From: Botryllus schlosseri
Lineage: Eukaryota
Assembly (NCBI GenBank): GCA_051294905.1
Contig: CM119379.1
Span: 23,560,001 to 23,624,000 of the forward strand
Direction of reading: 5' to 3'
Length of the DNA: 64,000 nt
This document shows positions 52,324-64,000 of this stretch, piece by piece; within the stretch, counting starts at the first letter, position 1; each line of letters begins with the position of its first letter. The notes under the pieces were generated by a model that was given only the letters and a program-made list of their open reading frames with translations, was not told the origin of the DNA and made no database searches. The translations under genes were made by a program, and so were the position numbers.

Positions 52324-53061
52324 GCTTAGTATTGCCGATCGACGTTATTGCGAGATGGTGATAAATATGTGTACTGTACTGTCGGTCGTGTCGCACTAGC
52401 GACGATCCTCCGTTAGCCCAGTTGTTAAGAAAAAGCAATCGTACAACGCAAATGGGCACTGGATGAAGCAGCCGAATTCTGATAATAGCTATTAAATTAC
52501 TTTCCAGGTAAACAAATCTTGACGTGTGTCCACAATTTTGTAAGGCAATGAACCAAAACATTACCACTACACGTAAACAGCACTGAACTCCATAAACATG
52601 GTAAGAGCCATAATAATCGCCTCGTAGAAAAGCAAGTTTCCATTTTTCTCGCTGTTCGTATCTCATGAAAATTTGAGAATGCCATAAATCATTCATATAA
52701 ATCAATTTGATTGATAAAGGTCCAATTATAACTCATGAACAGTCGACGAACATTTCGTGATATTAATTTACTGCATTAGTTGCATATCCCGATGTAGCTA
52801 ATCTGAATTGTATAATGATTTTATACAAATTTTAATAGTACTGTTTAAATACCTATGAATATTTCAGATAAATTTTAAAATTACGTGTTGAGATCGTTCG
52901 AGATGTGTATTCATGATTAGGGTCAGTGAACAGCGACATGTAGCGTCCCCGGTAACGAAAACTACAAGAACCAAATTTGAAAACAGTTGAAATTAAAATT
53001 TAAAATAGTGTTGGTGTTTCCGTCCGAGGCAATTTAGCGTTGTGTCCAAATAGAGAAATCG
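52324..53061. promoter_or_regulatory. Probable bidirectional promoter between SEC62 and LRRC45
   Basis: Divergent ATGs 738 nt apart with no recognisable TE between them; X-box-like GTCCCCGGTAAC (52945-56) and ACTACAA (52961-67). Confidence 0.5.
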
Positions 53062-56000
53062 ATGGAGGACTTTCGAGGATCATATCTACGTGTATGCAAA
53101 GAAAATTTCATTGAACCTCAAGAAGCTGTGCTGGAAAGAATAAAGAGTTTATCGACCACGGATAATGTGTCGCCACACATACTCGACCTCACATCTTACA
53201 CGTTAACGGTAGGGTCTTGTTGCGCCCTTGGAAAAGTACTAAGTCACGACATAGGGTTCGCAGAACTACTGCTCACAGATTGCATGCTCAATGAAGAAGG
53301 TGTGAAGCAAATATTGTCTGGTTTACACACAAATACATCTCTTGAAAGATTAGATTTGCGAGGAAACAACTTGAGTCAAACAAGTGCCGATGCTCTCGGC
53401 TTATTACTACGTGAAAACCACACTTTGAAGACACTCAGTTTGGAATGGAATAATTTAGGAGTGTGGGAAGACTCCTTTAGACTATTCTGTGAAGGTTTGG
53501 CTACTAACACGGGTCTTGAAACTTTAGATTTACGCAACAATCAACTCAATTATGTAGCCGCTCAACACCTTGCTACAGCGTTACATTCTAACAAATCCCT
53601 ACGGTGCCTGGATGTGAGATGGAACAATATTGGTCTCGTTGGTGGAAAAGCTCTGCAAAGTGCACTTCAGCATAGCCAAAACGTAGTCAAATGCGAGATT
53701 ACCGGGAATAATCTCCCAACAGATCTTTCCAATTCCATAGAGCAAAGCGTTCTCTATAATCAAGACCGTGTTGTTCAAAGTACCATGAGTCGCAATCGAA
53801 CAAAAATTTTATCGGATGAGATTGATCATTTGAAAAGTTCAAAAGCAAAGCAGATGATGGAGTATGAAATTGAAATGGAACAGTCTCGAGCTCATTTGAG
53901 TAGTACAAAAAAATCTTCTCTACGAAAAATCGGGCAGCTACAAAATGCATTAGAAGAAAATAAATCTGCAATGAACGCCTTGCGAGCAAAATTGGATATG
54001 ACGGAAGCGTCTTTAATGCTTTCTCAACAAAAAGTAGAGGATCAAGAGAAATTACTGGATTTATCAAGAAAAGAAACTGCTGATATCGTTAAAAATTACG
54101 AATCACAAATTCGAAAAGAACGCGAAGACCGAGCGTTATCTGAAGATAAGTTACGGTGCAGTCTTTCGGAGTGTAATGAAAAGCTATTCACAGTCGAGAG
54201 CCAGCTGTCGGAGGCGGAAAGTAAAATAAAGAATCAGCAAATTCACGTGAATGCGCTGAAAGAAAATGTAACTCAGCTGAAAGCTGATAACCGACATTCA
54301 GCCATTGTTTCCGACCAAAGAATGGAGGAGGAACGAAAACGGCATCAGAACGTTCTGCAGGTTCGAGATTGTTATATTTTTGTAACTTTGTCTTTACGCA
54401 AACTTGTGCATTCAATGTGCTCATGCTCAATAGCCAGGTCTTTGTGAAAAAAGTTACTGTGATATTGTTGACTGACGGATTTATTTCAAAATATGCTAGT
54501 AGTTAATACAACTCCAGCATCACATGGACTATGCAATAATGTGCCAAGTACCACTAAAGTCTCGAGCATCTTGGATGATACGTCATATCCTCAATGATTT
54601 AGTGAACATTGGTTGGTCTTGTTTTATTTCAGCCTACTGATCTGATTGAGCTACTTTTTTGTGCAACTTCCAAATAATTTGCTGCAGTAGGCTCGAGTTT
54701 CCAACCATGCGTGTCTTGAAGTTTGATAACAAAAGAAAATACGTCAAGAATCGATAGTTTTGCCACGGGTGAATTGAGTCACGTACTGAGAGCATTGAGA
54801 TTACAATGCGCCAATTTCACTCGTAAAAGATGATGCAAACTTATCCCAAAACTACTTTCTACATTTCAAAATCCAAACAGTAAAATGTAAGTAGTTTGCG
54901 TAAATGTTCGACTAGAAGTGGAAGTATTCTATGTACATGTACATGACTAATTGAGTAAGTAGTTTCAGTAAGCACTCCGAAAAAGTAGAAATAGTTCATT
55001 CATGACCATATCTGATTATTTACTTTGTCCAACTATCACATGGTCGACAGGTAAGATCATCGCTCAATCAAGTATGCGGGACCTGATTTGTGGAACAGTA
55101 TCACGCCGGCTATCCGACAGTCGTTAAGCATGTCCACATTCAAGTCGAAATACAAGCAATTTCTACTGAATAAATACTAGTCAGCCATCAAGTTTACCGT
55201 ACCACGACCTGACATATCGATCTCGCCTTCCGTCACATGCTACCTCATTTTGTCGCTTGTCTTTTTTGTATTATCTTTTTTTACTCTTCATTCAGTGTGC
55301 ATGCCTCCTCTTGTCATTGCCTAGGTCAGGTGGGTGTCTGATTTCAAAGACAACTCCAAGTCGTTTCGACACTCACCTATCTTTTCATTGTATCGCAGTC
55401 TTGTGGTGTCTCGAAATGATGAAAATTCTTAATAAACTGATGCTGATTATCGTGATATATCAATTCAGGATCAGGAAGCTCTCAACCACAGAATGGTGGC
55501 GGCCGTTAAAGCAGAATCCGAAGACACAGAAAAAGCGCTTCGCAAACGCATTTCCGAATTGCAACAGACTAATTCTCAGTTAGAGGAGCAAATTAGCACA
55601 CAAAATACGAACCTCATCGTCGAGAGAACGAACTCAGACGAGGCGATGCGTAAGTTGCGTGCAACCCTGCAAGAAGAATACCAAGCAAGTCTGGACCAAG
55701 TTCAGCAGCGACTTCGAGCTACCAGCTCGGAAAAGAACGACCTCCAAAAGCAAATTGCAGTCCTTTCCTCGGAGTTAAATGACGCTCAAGCGATGAGAAG
55801 TGCCACCAATGTTGAGATTGAAGGCTTCAGAAGAACCGTCCAAAACTTGCAGCAGCAGATTTCTTCAAAGGTTGGTTGTTAGTGGGGCTGGGTAACATCG
55901 GATACCCGAGTGCTTGAGTACTGAATCGAGTATTAGTAGAGATAGGCACAATTACTCTAGTACTCAAATTTGAATCGAGCATTAATTCTAATGATTTGAG

Positions 56001-59000
56001 TCGAGTAGTGAGAGAGGATTTTTTGAGTACTGAAATTATATGCTCCTCGCTACTAAGAGTTCATTTATCAATAAAATTTCTATACTGTTATCCGCTGTGG
56101 AAGGCCGTAAACCTCAATTGGTGGTATCGAAGCGTGCAAAACATCAAATACACCAACCACAACTCTGTCAACAAAAGGAGTTCGTGTATCACCTAAAAAT
56201 AGTACATTTAACGCTCTCTCATCCGAAATTTCATGCTGGTGACGTCATATTTTGTGATACGATTGTTGATATACAATGTTCTTTCCAATTCTCTACTAGT
56301 TGCTGACGATTACCCCTGACGAGTGTCAGCCGAAAATATTCGGGTTCATTTCAATATGAATATACTATTTAAATACAAAGGTATGCACGTCAGCGGAAAT
56401 CGTATATCTGTGAAATCGTGATGAACCCACAGCATCAGCATAGTGCAATGAAGAAGGTATGGTCGAAAAATACCAAATGATCGTTAATACCGTAAGCACC
56501 GAATTTTGCAAGTTGACAAACTATATCGCTTCGAAGTATCAAAAGTCATTCACAAATATTTTTCCAACAGTTTGCCTCCTGTGTTTGATGACTTTTTCAT
56601 ACCTGCCAAAAATGTCCACTCCCACTACACGAGATCCTTGTCTAAAGGAAATATCTACTTACCCCCACCCAATAGCAACCTAACTAAGAGATCTATCGAC
56701 TACTCGGGACCTATCATCTGGAATGCATTACCACCACATATCCGTGAATTGCCTTATAATAGATTCAAAAAAGCCCTACTTGATCACCTCTTGTCGTTAC
56801 ACTAACACTGTTGCCCTACCTCGCCCAGACATTGCTTCATTGATCATTTGCTACCATCGTTTAATTTTTATTTTAGTTTTTTAACTACTGTAACCTTTTT
56901 TACAGCCAGACTGTTTAGAGTCAAGTGTACCTGTTTGATGCTGGTGTGATCAGACTAGATGACCTTCACGGTCTTATCGATCATTCCTATCTAATACCGA
57001 ATACTGTGCAAGCATATTTTCTGTACCACCATCACTGCCGTGTGTTATGTATTTTGGTTGGATGAAAATAAAGACTCTCTCTCTCTCTGATGTCAATATA
57101 TTCTCCGTGGTCTCATAAAAGGTACATTTGACCTTCCCGTATCCTTTATACTGATGCGATGTCATAATGAGTGATATTTGAATATGCTACTCGATTCTGA
57201 ATTGAGTCACTCGGCTACCAGTACTTGTTTTTGCCCAGCCCTGAGTATTGGTCGTTGAGTAATCGAGTATCAGTCGTGACGCTATAAAAGTATGGATGAT
57301 CGCTAAGCGCATATATGTAGCTTTCATGTGACGGCAAAGAAAATAGTACCAGTTATAAAATGTAGCCTACTAAACAAAATTTGTCATTTTTTTGTCCATC
57401 CCTGTTTCATCGCGCTTTGTGATAATGCTGCGAGTTGATCGCTAGGCCTTCTACACAGAAATGTCATTTCCACTAACGTTCGTAGCTGTGTGCTACGTGT
57501 TTTTGATACTGTGATGTGAGCATGCGACCAATTTAGCAATTAGTTCAAATGGGCAAAACCTACTTGGAGTACTTCAAAAATTGGAAACAGTTTGAATCAA
57601 TAACCGACAAGATAGCGTAATGGTGGAGCGTCCGGCTTCTTGATCGGTAGGTCGTGGGTTCGGTGCCCAGCCGGGTCAGATTAGAGACCTGTCTAGTGAC
57701 ACTTGTATCCTTGACTTCCTCGCTTGGCGCTCCGCGTTGCCGGGATAGCATGGCGGTGTGGTGCAAGACTTAGAAAGCCTTACAAGGCTATATCTGCACC
57801 AGGGTTGTAACCAAGTCACAAGGCTTCGAGTCACAAGCCAATCTCACTTTTATAGTTTTGACTTGAGTCACGTCGAGTCATTTTCGATTCGCCACCGAGT
57901 CACGTCAGAGTCCAAGTCATCGAGCATAGGTTCGAGTCCGAGTCATGGTATTATGACTCGAGTTCGAGTCCAAGTCATCATGTTGACTGCTCAGTTTCCA
58001 GTTAATGTCTTGTTAAACCCACTGTTATAACTCTGTTTGGTGATATCGAATGGTTCGCGTTTATAATATACTAATTTTCCTCACTTTTAATAGTTTCTGG
58101 TCGCATTTTATAGTACCAGTACCAATAGACGAAATCCCTATAGCTTGGTTACTTTACTATTCTTCGAAATTACAATGAAATGTCGGTCTTAGCCGTCTGA
58201 GTCTCGAGTCATATGACTTGGTTCGAGTCATGCGCAATGACTCGAGTCCAAGTTGAGCCAATACACATATTGAGTCGAGTCGAGTCCATATTTTGAGAAA
58301 ATGACTCGAGTCAAGTCGAGTCATCAGAAAATCGTGACTCGAGTCATTACAACCCTGATCTGCACCTCCAGCGGTATTTGCACATCATGCACCCGTGGTG
58401 CATATGTACAGATCGTGTGTGTGTATATCATGAGTCGGTGTGTATGGCGCAAAAACATCAAGGACCAAAATACTATGTCCTATCCCCAAATCATTGCTCA
58501 ATAATTCATTGAATGTCACAGTATTATGGTATATTGCTGGTTGTCGTCCTTGTTGAATATAGAAGCTCTGTTCTAGATGAAACGCAAAAGGAAATAAATT
58601 TTGTGTTCTTTTTTGCAGGATGCTGACACGGCCGCAGAGGTTGGCCGAGTACGGTCTGACATGCAGAAGAGAATCAACCAACTGGAAGAAGAATGCAGTC
58701 AACACTCGTCGTTGAGAGAAAAGATCGTGGAACTCGAGACGAAGTTGGCCGACACTACTGGCAGACATAGAGAGGTAGTCGAAATCTGAAACTTGGCTTT
58801 ATACGGAGGCGGTTTTGGTCAGAGTGATCAGTAGGGCGGGTTTTTTTTTTACCGAAAAAAAGGTAAATTTTGACCTAAAAAATATTAATTTCGACTTTTT
58901 TTGACCTAAACAAACTGAATTTTGACCAAATTTTCACCTTACGTATGCAAATTAGGTGTTTTCCCACATTATGTTAAAATACCACTTATCTTCATTTCTG

Positions 59001-60020
59001 GTTGGAACTGGCTGTACTAACGAAGTAGCTTGGCCTGAAAAAACGTTTCTGGCTTAGAAACAGGTAACTTTTTACATGAAAAAAAAATTAACGAAAACTG
59101 GCCCTATGAAGAATTCCAGTGGTTACGATACGTATTATGGTAGAAATAATTAAATTTTCTTGTACTACAACGAGAGATACTTCCCTACATTCTTGGGTAG
59201 AAAGTGTATGTCCTTACTAAGAAGCTTGCCAAGGACGCTCAACAGTAGCAGTTGTTGGCTGACAACACTCAAGTTGTGTGTACACTGCTGGTCACACACC
59301 GTGTTTCTTCATTCTGACAATGTTGTCTACATCACAATTTTTCATCATACGCTTCTTAATATAAGAATGATGGAATGCCCAAGAAGTCGTTCTTCGGTTA
59401 GGATATTGCGGTACGTTGACCATAACACCATGTCTACCTATTTGTTTTATTTGACCGTTTATGATTCACAATGAGCAGACAATTAGCCGTTTACAGCGGT
59501 AGGCCTATAAAGTAGGCTACAAACTGTAAAATATCAAATGATAAGTTCACCGACAGTGCAAAATCTACGATACAAACGAAATGCAGACGTCAAAAAAATT
59601 TTGACTTTATGAATAATTTTGACAAATTTTGACCAAACGCTACAATTTTGACAAAATTTTGACAAATTTTGACATGTCAAAAAAAAACGCCCTAGTGATC
59701 AGCATTGCTTCTCAAAAAGAAGTAATGTCACAAATTTCTACTCAATTACAACGCCCACGCTATTTCATGTACAAGTAGAATATGAGAGATCTGAAATGCA
59801 GGGTTGTAACCCCGGTACAATCTCATGTGCTCTCCGATAATCCCAGATTCTGGAGGATAAAAACAAGGAGATCGAGAGGCTCGGTGAAAATTTACGACGC
59901 GTGGAAGACGACATCGAACGGATTCGAGAGGACGAAGCCCAAAGGGCCGCCGTTCTGCAGTCCGCCATTTTGAACTACGTCCAAGGATCGAAGATCAGAT
60001 CGACATCGCCGCGAAAATGA
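53062..60020 (+). CDS. LRRC45: Leucine-rich repeat-containing protein 45 (centriolar linker/appendage), 4 exons, ~676 aa
   Basis: join(53062-54360, 55469-55870, 58619-58774, 59847-60020), all phase 0; N-terminal RI-type LRRs (LERLDLRGNNL, LSLEWNNLG, LDLRNNQL, LDVRWNNIG), long coiled coil, C-terminus RIREDEAQRAAVLQSAILNYVQ. Confidence 0.92.
56302..56345 (+). ncRNA. Minimal type I hammerhead ribozyme, copy B, apparently intact, sense in LRRC45 intron 2
   Basis: Stem I ACCC(56312-15)/GGGT(56342-45); core CTGACGA (56316-22); G10.1-C11.1 closing loop TGTCAGC; GAAA (56332-35); palindromic ATAT; U16.1-C17 (56340-41). Confidence 0.75.
56488..57088 (+). mobile_element. 5'-truncated LINE (L2/CR1-group-like) ORF2 C-terminus plus 3' UTR
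   Basis: ILQVDKLYRFEVSKVIHKY...HSHYTR...IYLP...TKRSIDYSGPIIWNALP...FKKALLDHLL* (stop 56805); tail AATAAAGA(CT)n. Confidence 0.85.
57604..57790 (+). mobile_element. tRNA-derived SINE
   Basis: A box TAGCGTAATGG (57613-23), B box GGTTCGGTGCC (57657-67), body CTTCCTCGCTTGGCGCTC; second copy at 62806-62994. Confidence 0.8.
57800..58357. mobile_element. hAT MITE (GACTCGAGTC-rich)
   Basis: TIR CAGGGTTGTAA/TTACAACCCTG; exact TSD ATCTGCAC. Confidence 0.9.
58832..59694. mobile_element. hAT MITE in LRRC45 intron 3
   Basis: TIR TAGGGCG..TTTTTTTT/AAAAAAAAACGCCCTA; exact TSD GTGATCAG; internal TTTTGAC repeats. Confidence 0.9.
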
Positions 60021-62503
60021 ACTTGGAAGCTTCTTCCGTCGCGGGCTTTATCCACGTCAGGCGGGATGAGCGGTTTACCTGTGAATTCGGCGCTTGGCGG
60101 CAGATTTGTACATCTGGATCATGCTAGGTATCTAACTCACCTAATTACAGCGAAATGCTAGTAACTTAATTGTAATCTAATTTGTGAAATGTTTCCGCAC
60201 TCTAATTTTGGTTCTGATTCAATTTCTGGTTTTCCTGAAAACGCTACAGAACTATATAGCGCGAAACGTGCCAACCTTAAACCGGGATCTACGGACCCAT
60301 TAGTGGTCCGCAAACTAGTTTTAGGGGGTCCTTGTAAGGGCAATGCGTCATCTAGAAACTATAGAATAACAGATTATCCTTTGAGAATGATGTCGTGAGT
60401 GGTAATGTGATTGCCTTGTCTAGTCATTAGTTTGCTTATTTTAGGCGTGGAATGGAGTTGAGGTTGATGAGATGACCTTGCATTCATCGGCTTCTCAAAT
60501 TTAAGGGTACGCGCAACCACCCACAAACTTTGAAGGGATCCGCGATCAGAAAAGTTTAAGAACCCCTGTTCTACACAGTGTACGATAATATATTATATAG
60601 AAACCGTGTGCTGAATTCCCCAAGTGCCGCATATCACAATTCACGTTCATATTCAGTGAAACATTCATTTTCATAATAATAATAATAATAGTTATTACAT
60701 TTATAATGCCGAATTCAGTGGAAACCGTATGAGCTCTTTATAATTCGGTGCGATAAACCGGCGTCCTGTATCGGCTCACTCTGCTGCTGACCGCGTGTCG
60801 TGTAAATAGTGACGCTGTTGCATCGTGGCGTATGCTTGAAAAGTGTTACTATCATAGATCAACGCATTATTTTTCATGATCGTATCTGTTTCTGATTATT
60901 GTATTTCTTCAAAAAATCTCGTATTGCACCTCATGTGTTGGCGAACGTTTCTCGAAGGATAGGTACGAGTCGCAAGGCGCATACAGTTCAGTTTATTAAA
61001 AAAAAATCGGATAATTCATCACCAGACTGCCATACAATGAAAAGATATAGGAAGGCGTCGAAACGGCTCGGAGTAGTCTTTGAAATCACACACCGTGTGA
61101 AAAGTAAAAGAAGATACCATTAATTGACAGGCGACAAAATGAGGAGGCAGGTGATGGAAAGCGATGGCGATATGTCACATCGTGGTCCGGTAATCTTGAA
61201 GGCTGACTAATATTTAGTAGAAGTTGCTTGTATTTCGACTTCAATGTGGCCATGCTTGACGACTGTCGACTTGGAAACGAGGGTGTAGAATGATTTCAAC
61301 CTCGTCTAAACGTGGCGACAAATGTGTGGCGATTCATTTCTCCCCGTTATAATTGTAAAGGTTGGTGGTTCTCAACCGCCGGTCCGCAAAATATATTGGA
61401 ATTTGATATCTCAATTCAAATATGCAAAAAGTTGCAAGCTTCATCATTAAAAATTACTTTTAAAATTTGGAACGCATTTTCCGCATGGTGTCGTAATATA
61501 GAGTTCATGGTTTACTATATATATTTGTCAAATACGACACAATGATGCAAGTGTTATACAAAACTGCTACATGTGGCCTACGCAACTCGTTTAGGACCAG
61601 TTATATGTGAAAGCCTTTTTAAACAAAATTCGTCAATTCGGCAGCATAATTTAGCGAAATTTATTTGGCAGTGTAGCCTGACGGAGGCTGCATCATCGTC
61701 AATCGGCAATGACGCATTTCTTTCAAAAAACACCGAACAACGAAGATTAATTATAGTGGTTTTAACTTAACATGACTTGCAGAAGCTTCGACAAGACCAC
61801 GAACAACAACGTCTAATATCAAAACAGCCGAGATCAAGGATACGGAAACGAATCAATTCAGAAATTTGATACGAAATGGTTGATCACAAGTATAGTCTTC
61901 CAGAAAGCGGGCAGCTGATCAGTAATTCCTCTCGTAAGCTAACGTAATGTGTTCTGACATCGCGTCGCGGCAATCGTTTGCCGATATTAATGGCGCTAAG
62001 GGCCGCATTTGCCACGTTTCCCGTTAAAGGACCGCAAAGTATGTTGGGGCAGCTACGATGTGCAGGTGCATTGTGAAGGAATGAATTCCAATTCACATGG
62101 ACACAATAACACACTCGAGTTTCGGGTTCCCATTAAAGATACAAAAATCACTCGCGAACAACTCCAAGCGGGCTACGGTTTAGAGAAGGCGGAGTTCGTC
62201 ATGCGCAAAGTGTTCCTCAGATTTACAAGAACCACAAGATTGTGACCACAAAATTTTGACTTCGTAATTTTTGACCGAACTCTACAATTTTGACAAGATT
62301 TTGACTTTTTAGTACATGCCAAAAAATAATCACCCTGCTGATTAGTAATTATTTGCTCGGGTAAGCATTAGTACGTGATGCAAAATACATGGCTGATTCC
62401 TATTTTTCGCCCGGCATATAATTGGCCAGCAAAGTTAAGTGCGGCATATCAAGGTTCAGCGCCTTCGATTGGTAATTTAATTAGTAGAGACGAAGTAAAT
62501 CCA

Positions 62504-63856
62504 TCAAAGATCCGGATCCTTCTTATATGTCGACAGCGGCATTTCTTCGCCTTGTTTGGTTTCCGACATTTCGCCGTTGTGCCTGTCTTCGATTTTGCTA
62601 CACCCACAAAAACTACGCAACGCCGTAGGCATACATCTGGTCATGCGAGCACAAGTTATTGGATCTATTGTGGTTTTATCCACCAAATGTCGCTTTTTCC
62701 ATCCTCCTATAATGGAAATACCATGTGGTTAGAGACATTAGTCCGTTGTTGGCAGAGGTGCTTAGTAACAAAATATCATTGTAATTCAACTTTTTCGTAG
62801 TACCTCTGACAAGACCGTAATGCGTATGGTGAAGCACCCGGCTTCTCGATAGATAGTTCGTGGATTCGATCCCCGGCCGGGTCAGACCAAAGACCTGATT
62901 AGTAACACTGGTATCCATCACTTCCCCGCTTGGCGCTCAGCTTTACCGAGATAGCATGGAGGGGTGGTAAATGACTTAGAACCTTCCTTGGCCATGCAGC
63001 GGCGTATGCACATCATGCACTCATGGTATGCATATGCACCATGTGTAATGTGTATGTAGATCATGAGTCGCTGAATATACCGCAAAACATCAAGGACAAA
63101 AAGATGCGAAGTGATATCCTATACCCTGTCCTGGTTATATTTCTAAACTACTTATACTTCACAGTTTTTTAGGCAAACTACTTACTTTTCCGACTTTGTA
63201 TTTTGTAAAGTAGAGAGTGGGATATGTTTACATAACTTATATGGGTGAAATTATCATAAGAACGCGGGAAGAAGCCCGCGTGTACCACGGTAACTGCATA
63301 TATTTCCGAAAATTTTACGTATATTTGTAGTGTATAGTCGCCAAGATACATATAACAATTTCGAAAGTAGCAACCTCCGATTAACCGCTAAAAGTATGCG
63401 ACCAAATCTTTTCAGACCTTTTATTTTCTACTACCACTTGAAGTAGTTTTAACATGTCTGAGAAATTTCGACTACTTATAATCGAGTAGAAATTGACGGC
63501 GTCGACCATATACCTACTTACGCCCACTACATATACCGACCTGACAGTAGACTGACAGTGATTCCAACAAGCAGTGTGAACATGAGTCCCAAACTCGGCG
63601 TGTAGAAATAGGACAATAAGAAGTAGCTTTGCCCTAAGCCTATCCCGTCCTCGCTGATGCTGGTGGATATCATGCTATCATTGTGTGCATACATCGTTGT
63701 CATATTCGTAGAATCAAGGTATCCGCACGCCACTGGGCAGAACGACGAAGATACGGGGAGCATCCGGGTTAAATTGGAAGGCTTCGGAATCCCTTTACTG
63801 CCGAGAAACTTCACGAACGACATCACGACTCCTGTTATGAATCCAGACCCAGCACC
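62504..63856 (-). CDS. SLC5A: SLC5A sodium/solute symporter (SMCT/SMVT-like), last two exons; gene continues beyond the window
   Basis: complement join(63856-63541, 62706-62504), in phase: GAGSGFITGVVMSF...LSYFYTPSLGLMFTLLVGITVSLLSG|GWKKRHLVDKTTIDP...DPDL*. Confidence 0.8.
62806..62994 (+). mobile_element. tRNA-derived SINE (second copy), in the last SLC5A intron
   Basis: B box GGATTCGATCC; CCGGGTCAGACCAAAGACC...CTTCCCCGCTTGGCGCTCAGC aligns with 57604-57790. Confidence 0.8.
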
Positions 63857-64000
63857 CTTGTATTCATACATATATAAAAATACACATAAGTCGGATGATG
63901 GTCGCGGAAGGTGAATTGAAACGACAGGGTAAGCTACGATACATATGTGGCTGGCAATAGGCTACGGAAGCAAGGTGAATTTGAGCGAGGAAGTGTAAAA

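Larger units (their letters stand above)
55883..57243. mobile_element. hAT MITE (18466 family) interrupted by a hammerhead repeat and a LINE 3' end
   Basis: TGGGGCTGGG.../...TTTTGCCCAGCCCTG termini; homology to 18466-18981 breaks at ~56250 and resumes at ~57110. Confidence 0.75.

Noticed and set aside
57611-57680. Possible tRNA gene
   Set aside because: No full cloverleaf or acceptor stem and no poly-T terminator; continues into a repeat body shared with 62806-62994, so called a SINE
59695-59730. Possible extra LRRC45 micro-exon (VISIASQKE|GT) after the MITE
   Set aside because: The available acceptor gives the wrong phase, and the four-exon model already yields a full-length ~676-aa protein
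19773-64000. Tunicate-type operon or polycistronic arrangement
   Set aside because: Adjacent genes strictly alternate strand, so there are no co-directional abutting pairs; trans-splicing cannot be judged from DNA alone

Overview
AT-rich, intron-containing animal DNA. It is probably from an ascidian or other tunicate (inference: a CaaX-terminated GRK1/7-type kinase, a 57-69 nt minimal intron class and compact genes). Five protein-coding genes alternate in strand. Four splice into complete, phase-consistent ORFs when assembled by hand: NIPAL2/3-like Mg transporter (-), GRK1/7-like opsin kinase (+), SEC62 (-) and LRRC45 (+). The fifth is the 3' end of an SLC5A Na/solute symporter (-), which runs off the window. 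The first ~19 kb has no intact known gene. It carries a 4.1 kb CACTA/EnSpm-type element with a decayed spliced cargo gene, plus orphan exons. Intergenic DNA and all long introns are packed with non-autonomous hAT MITEs (many with exact 8-bp TSDs), long foldback palindromes, LINE 3' ends and tRNA-derived SINEs. The most notable non-coding signal is a dispersed repeat carrying a minimal type I hammerhead ribozyme core. One copy appears intact and lies sense within LRRC45 intron 2, with 7-nt complementarity between loop II and the 5' leader. Most short ORFs in the supplied track are spurious. All family assignments are by recalled motif similarity; no database search was run.
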